DNA of 64,000 nt from an uncultured Haliangium sp. Its GTDB lineage: Bacteria > Myxococcota_A > Polyangia > HGW-17. A model generated the notes under the pieces. It searched no databases. It was not told the origin of the DNA and saw only the letters and a list, made by a program, of their open reading frames with translations. Location: the NCBI GenBank assembly GCA_964601905.1, contig CAZRPN010000008.1, positions 87-64,086 on the forward strand, written 5' to 3'. Position 1 is the first letter of the stretch. Every line of letters begins with the position of its first letter. This document shows positions 1-10,669 of this stretch, piece after piece. A program made the position numbers and the translations under genes.

Positions 1-1
1 G

Positions 2-2132
<2,131 letters not shown>

Positions 2133-2142
2133 TTTTCCTAAG

Positions 2143-4377
<2,235 letters not shown>

Positions 4378-4429
4378 AACGCCTATGAAGAATCAACCGC
4401 GGAACACGCGGAAGGAAGCGGGAAACCGC

Positions 4430-5110
4430 TCACCGCGGCGCCGCGGCGCCATAGGGCGCATCGAAGCGACGGGCGTAGGCGTGGTGCTTCCTGAGGTTGC
4501 TGTTCCAGTAGAAGTTGAGCAGACCCGTTCGCATCACCAGACGGAGCGCCCGCAGCTGCCACGGACCGAAGGTGCGCGGACTCGCAAGCCTGGCCCGCAG
4601 TTCGTCGGAGAAGCGTCCGTCGCGTCCGAGCTCATGACCTGCCCGGATGAAGGCCGCCTTCGTCCGGGACACCTGCCAGGCCGGCATCATGCGAATGCCC
4701 TCGACGCCGCCCTTGATGAGGGTGCCGGCGTGCACCCATCCCAGCCTGCTGCAGAGCCGGGCGAGGTAGCGGGCGACGGCTTCGGAGTGGATGGACTCCG
4801 GAAAGCCCGATTGCACGACGAAGGCGACCCGCTTCCCCTTCAGTTGCGCGGGATCTGCTGTGCCCACGGCCTCCAGGAAGCCCTTCACGAGGCCTGGCAT
4901 CGAGTCGGTGTAGAGCGGGAAGACGAGCACCACCTCGTCGGCGGAGAGGAAGGCCGCGCGCTGGGCGTCGAGGTCACGGATCCTGGCGAGATCCAGCACC
5001 GGGGGCTGCGCCGCGCCGGCCTCGGCCAACCCCTGGGTGAGCCAGGACAGGATCAGGCGGGAGTTCGAGTTCTTTCCACGGGGTGAGCCGTTAAGCAGTA
5101 AGCGCGTCAT
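4430..5110 (-). CDS. flavodoxin-like fold NAD(P)H-dependent oxidoreductase family protein
   Basis: MTRLLLNGSPRGKNSNSRLI...VVLVFPLYTDSMPGLVKGFLE is typical of the NAD(P)H dehydrogenase (quinone)/flavodoxin-like fold. Start overlaps the upstream gene by 20 nt. Confidence 0.78.
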   Translation of the reverse strand: MTRLLLNGSPRGKNSNSRLILSWLTQGLAEAGAAQPPVLDLARIRDLDAQRAAFLSADEVVLVFPLYTDSMPGLVKGFLEAVGTADPAQLKGKRVAFVVQSGFPESIHSEAVARYLARLCSRLGWVHAGTLIKGGVEGIRMMPAWQVSRTKAAFIRAGHELGRDGRFSDELRARLASPRTFGPWQLRALRLVMRTGLLNFYWNSNLRKHHAYARRFDAPYGAAAPR

Positions 5111-5636
5111 GAAGGACCTCCTCGATGGGCATGGACGTGGTGGCCATCAGCCGCAGCTTCGTCCGGGTGTTTTTCGAAAAGCGCTGGAACAGGCTTTGTG
5201 TGATGTCCAGGTCTTCGTCGGTGTCCTCAGGGGAGAGACCGACGATCAGGCCGAGCTCGGCGTTGTGGTCGTACCGATGACGGTGGTGGCATTCGCCCTC
5301 GACGATTTCGATGTAGGGATGCGCCAGCGGGATGAAGCGGTCCTGCGTCTTCTTGAGCAGGGAGGAGATCGTGCCCAGGACCAGTGGACTTGCCCACACC
5401 ACGAGGTCGGCGCGGACCATCTCGGGGTAGAGATCCACCATGGCGTCCTTTCGCGCGCAGATCCCGGGCGTCTTCCACCAACAGGACCAGCAGCCGATGC
5501 AATACTCCAGCTCCAGTGATCGCAGGGCGACGACCTTCGTCTCGTGCCCCTTTCGCTCCATCTCCCGGGCGAAGGTCGCGAGATAGTCGTCAAACGGCGA
5601 GGGATCGGGATTTCCATTGAGGACCAGGCAGTACAT
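5091..5636 (-). CDS. iron-sulfur flavoprotein-like / NADPH-dependent FMN reductase family protein
   Basis: MYCLVLNGNP start of a flavodoxin-like fold. Compact Cys cluster CIGCWSCWWKTPGIC (CX2CX2CX7C) as in ISF-type proteins. Confidence 0.78.
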   Translation of the reverse strand: MYCLVLNGNPDPSPFDDYLATFAREMERKGHETKVVALRSLELEYCIGCWSCWWKTPGICARKDAMVDLYPEMVRADLVVWASPLVLGTISSLLKKTQDRFIPLAHPYIEIVEGECHHRHRYDHNAELGLIVGLSPEDTDEDLDITQSLFQRFSKNTRTKLRLMATTSMPIEEVLHDALTA

Positions 5637-5668
5637 GTTACCTCCAAAATTGTGGGACCAGGGTTCGC

Positions 5669-5731
5669 GTCAACACTATGTTGACGCCGTCAACATACCC
5701 TTTCTAGCCGAGAATGTTGACGCTGTCAACA
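5669..5731. promoter_or_regulatory. cluster of three 7-3-7 inverted repeats built from GTCAACA/TGTTGAC; putative TetR operator in a divergent promoter region
   Basis: GTCAACA-CTA-TGTTGAC at 5669-5685, TGTTGAC-GCC-GTCAACA at 5679-5695, TGTTGAC-GCT-GTCAACA at 5715-5731. Lies between the flavoprotein operon (-) and the TetR gene (+). Confidence 0.6.
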
Positions 5732-5850
5732 ACCTTTTTGATTCCATGATTTTCTGGCCTTCCATTCACCGGACCAAAGTGCTGGCCTCCTCCTCCTGTT
5801 TTCAGTATTTTATCGACACGACCTCGACGCGGCGGCGAGGAGGGAGCATC

Positions 5851-6528
5851 ATGAAAGGCACGAAGAGTTATCACCACAAGGACCTGCGACAGACCTTGTT
5901 GCAGCACGCCGTGCGCCTGATCCAGGATGAAGGCATGAAGGGCCTCTCGATGCGGAAGCTCGCGGCCCTCGCCGGGGTGAGCCGCACGGCGCCCTACCGC
6001 CACTTCGCCAGCAAGGAAGAGCTGGTGGCCACGCTCATGCTCGATGGGCACATACGCCTGCGGGCGGCCATGCTGGCCACCGCGGCCGCCACTTCAGGGC
6101 GGGCCCGCGACAAGCTCCTGGCCATGGGCCGGGCCTACCTCGACTTCGCCCGCGAGCAACCGGAGTACATCAGCCTCATGTTCTCGGGCGAGGGGATGGC
6201 GGCGGCCATGAGCGTCGCGAGCAGGCGGGCCGAGTTTTTTGCCGAAGACTCGGACTCCTTCGGTCCCCTCGAGGAGACCGTGCGGGCCTGTCAGGCCGAG
6301 GGCAGCCTGGATCCGTCGTCGGAGCCCGGCGCGCTGAGCTTCGCCGTGTGGTCCCAGGTCCACGGGCTCGCCCTGCTGCGCAACGAGGGCATGATCCGGC
6401 TCATGGCGGCCGAGCGCGGCTACACCGAGGACGAGACGCTCGACGCGGTGTTCGCGGTCTTCTCCCGCTGGTACGGGCCGGCGGACCCCGGCTGCGGGCC
6501 GGCGGACGCCGTGGGTGGCGAGGTCTGA
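5851..6528 (+). CDS. TetR/AcrR family transcriptional regulator
   Basis: HTH LSMRKLAALAGVSRTAPYRHFASKEELV. ATG at 5851 preceded by GGAGGGAGC. The upstream part of the 5617 ORF spans the operator region and looks non-coding. Confidence 0.9.
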   Translation: MKGTKSYHHKDLRQTLLQHAVRLIQDEGMKGLSMRKLAALAGVSRTAPYRHFASKEELVATLMLDGHIRLRAAMLATAAATSGRARDKLLAMGRAYLDFAREQPEYISLMFSGEGMAAAMSVASRRAEFFAEDSDSFGPLEETVRACQAEGSLDPSSEPGALSFAVWSQVHGLALLRNEGMIRLMAAERGYTEDETLDAVFAVFSRWYGPADPGCGPADAVGGEV

Positions 6529-6550
6529 CACCAGCGTCGGTCGCGCCCTG

Positions 6551-6577
6551 ATTCCGCGTATTCCGCGTATTCCGTGG
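6551..6577. repeat. short 9-bp tandem repeat (ATTCCGCGT x2 plus ATTCCGTGG) between convergent genes
   Basis: Read directly from the sequence. Confidence 0.6.
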
Positions 6578-6599
6578 TAAAAACTCTTGTGAACCGGGA

Positions 6600-7319
6600 T
6601 CAGTCGATGCGGACGCGGACGCTGCCCTGGGTGGAGAGGCGCTGCCTGGCGGGGGAGCCGGTGAGGCGGAGCTCTCCGCTGCCCTGGACTGAACCTTCGA
6701 GGGTGTCGGTGACCTTCGCGAAGATCACCACCTTGCCCTGGATGTCCAGGCTCAGGTTCTTCAGTTCAAATCGGGGCAGCTGCAGGATGGTCATGCCGCG
6801 GGCGGTGACCTGCAACTGCTCCACCGGCGTCGGGCTTTCTCCCTCGATCCAGGTGGCGCCGAAGCCGGTCACGTCCAGCCGTGGTCCCGGATTGCCGGCC
6901 AGCTTCAGTTTGAGGCTCTTCTGCGCCCAGACATCCACCAACGACGGGCTCGCGATCTTCAGGCGCAGCGCCAGTTCGGAGAAGCGGCCGGAGAGCCGGT
7001 TGGAGAAGATCAGCCGGCCGCCCTCCTGTTTCACTGAGTATGCGTCGGAGAAGCGCTCGGGCACGGAGACGGTGACCGACCACGCGTCGGCCTGCTCCCA
7101 GCTCACGTCGAAGGCGCCCTCGAGCCTCAGCGTCGTGAAGTCCTTGTATTCCATAGGATGGTCCTTCCACGGACCGGTCAGGGAGGTGATGTCCTTCAAC
7201 TGCCTGCCGTCGGGTCCCACCCAGGCGCGGGTGATCGACGAGAGGGCGGCGATGAAGCCGATGATGGCCAGGGCGGCGGTGCCCCAGAAGCCCCAGAAGA
7301 TCTTACTGCTGGTTTTCAT
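6600..7319 (-). CDS. membrane-anchored beta-rich protein, GIN/DUF2807-like (putative adhesin-head-like domain)
   Basis: N-terminal anchor IFWGFWGTAALAIIGFIAAL, then repeated short beta-strand segments (LKLKLAGNPGPRLDVTG, LSLDIQGKVVIFAKVTD, GSGELRLTGSPA). Family assignment is from memory of similar YtrA-operon partners. Confidence 0.65.
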   Translation of the reverse strand: MKTSSKIFWGFWGTAALAIIGFIAALSSITRAWVGPDGRQLKDITSLTGPWKDHPMEYKDFTTLRLEGAFDVSWEQADAWSVTVSVPERFSDAYSVKQEGGRLIFSNRLSGRFSELALRLKIASPSLVDVWAQKSLKLKLAGNPGPRLDVTGFGATWIEGESPTPVEQLQVTARGMTILQLPRFELKNLSLDIQGKVVIFAKVTDTLEGSVQGSGELRLTGSPARQRLSTQGSVRVRID

Positions 7320-7695
7320 GATGCATCTCCTTTCGGGCGGCGAGCCACTGGTTCCACAGGGGAGCCAGCTCGGCGAAGTCCAGCCCGAGCAGTTCGATCT
7401 TCTGGAAAAACTGGTTCAACTCCTCTTCGAGAAAGGTCTTCTTGCGCTGCTGCATGATCGTCTCCCGGGCGTTGTCGGCCACGAAGGTGCCCACGCCACG
7501 CTGGTTGTAAAGGATTCCCTGGTCCGTCAGGTGCGACACCGTCCGGAGAATGGTGTTGGGGTTCACGCCCGCCTCGGCCGCCAGCTCGCGCACCGAGGGG
7601 ATTTTTCCCGCGGTGGCGTAGGTGCCCCTGAGGATCAGGTCGCACACGGAGTCGGCCAACTGCAGGTAGATGGCACGGGGATCGGAGAACTGCAT
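7303..7695 (-). CDS. GntR family transcriptional regulator, YtrA-like short subfamily
   Basis: Winged HTH IPSVRELAAEAGVNPNTILRTVSHLTDQGILYNQRGVGTFV. Short (130 aa) C-terminal helical part. Confidence 0.9.
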   Translation of the reverse strand: MQFSDPRAIYLQLADSVCDLILRGTYATAGKIPSVRELAAEAGVNPNTILRTVSHLTDQGILYNQRGVGTFVADNARETIMQQRKKTFLEEELNQFFQKIELLGLDFAELAPLWNQWLAARKEMHHENQQ

Positions 7696-7696
7696 C

Positions 7697-8488
7697 TCAC
7701 ACCTCCGTTTCGCGCAGGCGGAAGTAGGCGAACGCCAGCGCCGCCAGCGGCATGACGCCCCAGAACCAGATTCTGGCGAACCACGTGGCCGTCTGTTTCA
7801 GGGGATAATATGCGACGGTCAGGTCCCCGGTGATGCCCATGCGGGCGAACGTCATCATCACGGCCTCGGAGGGCTGAAATCCGTCGAAGTACCCGTGGAA
7901 GAACAAGCGGAACACCAGGTAACTGAAGACAAAAAGGACGAAGAACAGCGCCATCACCGACAGCCACGTCTTGATCAGGGAGAACTTGCGGTAGTACACC
8001 GCGCCGGCGAAGAACAGGCTCTGGAAGGCCAGGTAGATGGCCATGACCTGCAGGTGATCGACGCTGTTGATGAAGAACAGCGGATTGGAGCGGCCCAGGA
8101 TCAGTTGGTTGAGCCCCTCGGAGATCAGTTGGAGCAGCAGGTACGCCAGAAACGAGAACACCAGGTACCCGACCGAGGTGAGCAGGTAGCGGGCGAGGAA
8201 CTTCTCCTCGAAGGAGGCCGGGACCAGCAGGTAGTTCTGCGTGGACAGGGGATGCCGCAGCTCGAGGAACGCCCGGCTGGTGAAGATCAGTCCGCCCAGG
8301 GCCATGATCCATGCGTACACGCCGGCGTGGAACGTCTGGCCGGAGCGTGTGAAGGCGGCGATGAAGGAGAACACGATCACGAGCATGCCCAGGGCGGCGG
8401 CGCCGATGGCCAGCGGACGCGTCCAGAAGCGCGCGTCCATCCACAGCAGGCGCAGCAGACGGTTCATGGAGATTTCTGGCTTACGCAT
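7697..8488 (-). CDS. integral membrane protein, probable permease partner of the adjacent ABC ATPase
   Basis: About 6 hydrophobic helices. Overlaps the ATPase gene by 8 nt. 1-nt gap to the GntR gene. Confidence 0.75.
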   Translation of the reverse strand: MRKPEISMNRLLRLLWMDARFWTRPLAIGAAALGMLVIVFSFIAAFTRSGQTFHAGVYAWIMALGGLIFTSRAFLELRHPLSTQNYLLVPASFEEKFLARYLLTSVGYLVFSFLAYLLLQLISEGLNQLILGRSNPLFFINSVDHLQVMAIYLAFQSLFFAGAVYYRKFSLIKTWLSVMALFFVLFVFSYLVFRLFFHGYFDGFQPSEAVMMTFARMGITGDLTVAYYPLKQTATWFARIWFWGVMPLAALAFAYFRLRETEV

Positions 8489-9350
8489 GGGCGACCTCCT
8501 TGGGGTCCGGGCCGGCGGCCCGGCTGGAACCGGCCGTGGTGAACCGGTCCGGGGATGTGGTGACGGCGTTGAACAGGAACTCGAGATCCATGGGGAGGGC
8601 GCCGGGCACCTCGCCCTCGACCAGCGACAGGCTCTTGCCCAGGACGTGCTCCTGATAGAGCACGCGGGCCCCGGCGGGCAGCTCGCCGTGCAGGATGCTG
8701 TAGTGACTGGAGAACTCCTCGAGGGTCTGCGAGAACAGGATCCTCCCGGAGTCGAGGATGACGATGGGATCGATCAGGTGCTCCAGGTCGCGGACCTGGT
8801 GGGTGGACACCAGGATGATGCGGTTGTCGTCGAGCTCGGAGGCCAGGATCTTGCGGAACTGACCCTTGGAGGGGATGTCCAGGCCGTTGGAGGGTTCGTC
8901 GAGCAGCAGGAAGCGGGCGCCGGTGGACAGGCCGAAGGCGAGCAGGAACTTCTTCTTCTGGCCCTGGGAGAGGCGGTCGAGGCGGCTGGGCAGCTCCAGG
9001 TCGAACTCGCGCAGGTGGGCCTCGAACCGCTCCCCGGAGAACGCCGGATACAGCGGGGCGAGCATCTGCCGGTAGAGGGCGCCGGAGACCGGCGGCAGGA
9101 CGAACTCCTCCGGGACCAGGAACAGGTCCGAGAGAAACGCGGGCTGCCGCAGGTGCGGCGTGCGTCCGAACACCTGGATCTGTCCGGCCTGCGGATAGAG
9201 CAGGCCGCAGCATAACTTCAACAATGTCGTCTTGCCGGCGCCATTTTTTCCAAGCAGTCCATAAAGATTGCCGGGTTCCAGTTTCATTTCAAGGTCTTTG
9301 AACAGCGGTTTTTTCTGATATTGAAAAGTAATGTCGCGAATTTCGATCAT
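8481..9350 (-). CDS. ABC transporter ATP-binding protein
   Basis: Walker A GKNGAGKTT, signature LSQGQKKK, Walker B FLLLDEP, H-loop STHQV. Confidence 0.94.
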   Translation of the reverse strand: MIEIRDITFQYQKKPLFKDLEMKLEPGNLYGLLGKNGAGKTTLLKLCCGLLYPQAGQIQVFGRTPHLRQPAFLSDLFLVPEEFVLPPVSGALYRQMLAPLYPAFSGERFEAHLREFDLELPSRLDRLSQGQKKKFLLAFGLSTGARFLLLDEPSNGLDIPSKGQFRKILASELDDNRIILVSTHQVRDLEHLIDPIVILDSGRILFSQTLEEFSSHYSILHGELPAGARVLYQEHVLGKSLSLVEGEVPGALPMDLEFLFNAVTTSPDRFTTAGSSRAAGPDPKEVAHA

Positions 9351-9364
9351 GTGAGCCTCCGTGT

Positions 9365-9390
9365 TAGTGTACTAGTTGCCTAGCACACTA
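9365..9390. promoter_or_regulatory. near-perfect inverted repeat TAGTGTACTAG-N4-CTAGCACACTA just upstream of the ABC/GntR operon; putative YtrA-type operator
   Basis: 10 of 11 positions are complementary. Lies 15-40 nt upstream of the ABC ATPase start (GGAGG RBS at 9356-9360). AGTGTA/TACACT-like half sites resemble what I recall for B. subtilis YtrA. Confidence 0.45.
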
Positions 9391-9429
9391 GTTTGTTAGC
9401 GCACGAAAACGCGGGTGTCAAGATCTTTT

Positions 9430-9581
9430 TTCGAGACTACGGAAAAAACTGATGGGGAACGGAAAAAACTGAGGGGGAACGGAAAAAACAGATCGGAGGG
9501 TCTATTGAAGAGATGCCTCCGGAATCATACGCTCCGTCTTTTCCGCTCCCTATCCGTCTTTTCGGTGATCTGTTTTTACGC
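9430..9581 (-). repeat. copy C of the quasi-palindromic intergenic repeat element (best aligned on the minus strand); overlaps the argF stop codon
   Basis: Minus-strand reading ...GAGCGGAAAAGACGGAGCGTATGATTCCGGAGGCATCTC...CAGTTTTTTCCGTT...TTTTCCGTAGTCTCGAA aligns with copies A and B, including the asymmetric centre. Three 20-bp tandem units at 9439-9498. Confidence 0.7.
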
Positions 9582-10553
9582 GCCCAGCGTGGCGACCATG
9601 ACGGCCTTGATGGTGTGGACGCGGTTCTCGGCTTCATCGAAGACGCGGGAGTGGGGGCCTTCGAAGACCTCCTCGCTCACTTCCAGGGCGCCTTCGGTCT
9701 TGGTCAACTCCGTGTCGTGGTTGTGGAAGGCCGGCAGGCAGTGCAGGAAGATCATGTCGTTCTCGTCGGTGGCGTCCACCATCTGCTGGTTCACCTGGAA
9801 CGGGCGCAGCTTCTTCAGGCGGGAGTTCCACTCGGCCTCCTCACCCATGGAGACCCACACGTCCGTGTAGAGCACCTTGGCATGCTTGACGCCGGCGGCG
9901 ATCTTGTCGGTGATGGTGATCTTTCCGCCGGTCTCGGCGGCGATCTTCTTCACGGTGTCGACCAGCTCCTTCTCCGGGAACAGGTCCTTCGGGCTGACGA
10001 TGCGCATGTCCATGCCCATCTTGGCGCCGCCCACGAGCAGGGAGCGGGCGACGTTGTTGCGGCCGTCGCCGACGTAGGCGAAGCCCACGCCGCTGAGGTG
10101 ACCGAACTCCTCGATGACGGTCTGGAAGTCGGCCAGCATCTGGGTGGGGTGCCACAGGTCGGTCAGGCCGTTCCACACGGGCACGCCGGCCCACTGGGCC
10201 AGCTCTTCGACGGTCCTGTGCGAGAAGCCGCGGAACTGGATGGCGTCGAACATGCGGCCGAGCACGCGGGCCGAGTCCTTGACGCTCTCCTTCTTGCCGA
10301 ACTGCAGGTCGTTCTTGCCGAGGTACTCCGGATGGGCGCCCTCGTCGACGCAGGCGACCGTGAAGGCGCAGCGTGTGCGGGTCGAGGGTTTCTCGAAGAT
10401 CAGCGCGACGTTCTTGCCGTCGAGCAGGCGGTGGCGGATGCCCACCTTCTTGTCGTCCTTGAGCTTGCGGGAAAGGTCCAGCAGGTAGGAAATCTCGGCC
10501 GGCGTGAAGTCCAGCTCCCTGAGAAAGTTGCGACCGCGTAAATTCATGGGCAT
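9576..10553 (-). CDS. argF: ornithine carbamoyltransferase
   Basis: [23 protein letters not shown] motifs. GGAGG RBS 7 nt upstream of the ATG at 10553. Confidence 0.95.
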   Translation of the reverse strand: MPMNLRGRNFLRELDFTPAEISYLLDLSRKLKDDKKVGIRHRLLDGKNVALIFEKPSTRTRCAFTVACVDEGAHPEYLGKNDLQFGKKESVKDSARVLGRMFDAIQFRGFSHRTVEELAQWAGVPVWNGLTDLWHPTQMLADFQTVIEEFGHLSGVGFAYVGDGRNNVARSLLVGGAKMGMDMRIVSPKDLFPEKELVDTVKKIAAETGGKITITDKIAAGVKHAKVLYTDVWVSMGEEAEWNSRLKKLRPFQVNQQMVDATDENDMIFLHCLPAFHNHDTELTKTEGALEVSEEVFEGPHSRVFDEAENRVHTIKAVMVATLGA

Positions 10554-10669
10554 GTGGAAACCTCCGTGGGTGAAAGATGCCGGCCGCGATGGCCGGATGC
10601 CTCCCGTTTAGAAAGAATCGGCAAAAAAATCAATAGGGAATCGCGGAAATTCGGTTGAAGGACGCTCAC

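Noticed and set aside
5617-5850. N-terminal extension of the TetR ORF (also the extensions of the ORFs at 18858, 20148, 22646, 24373, 26200-28083, 29474, 30358, 31985, 53285, 58017 and 58795)
   Set aside because: The extensions cross promoter/operator DNA or the preceding gene. Downstream ATGs have good GGAGG-type RBSs and give canonical N-termini.
9439-9498. 20-bp tandem repeats (also 37628-37687 and 41570-41624) as possible CRISPR arrays
   Set aside because: The units are directly adjacent with no spacers, there are only 2-3 copies, and no cas genes are present. They are internal parts of the palindromic repeat element.
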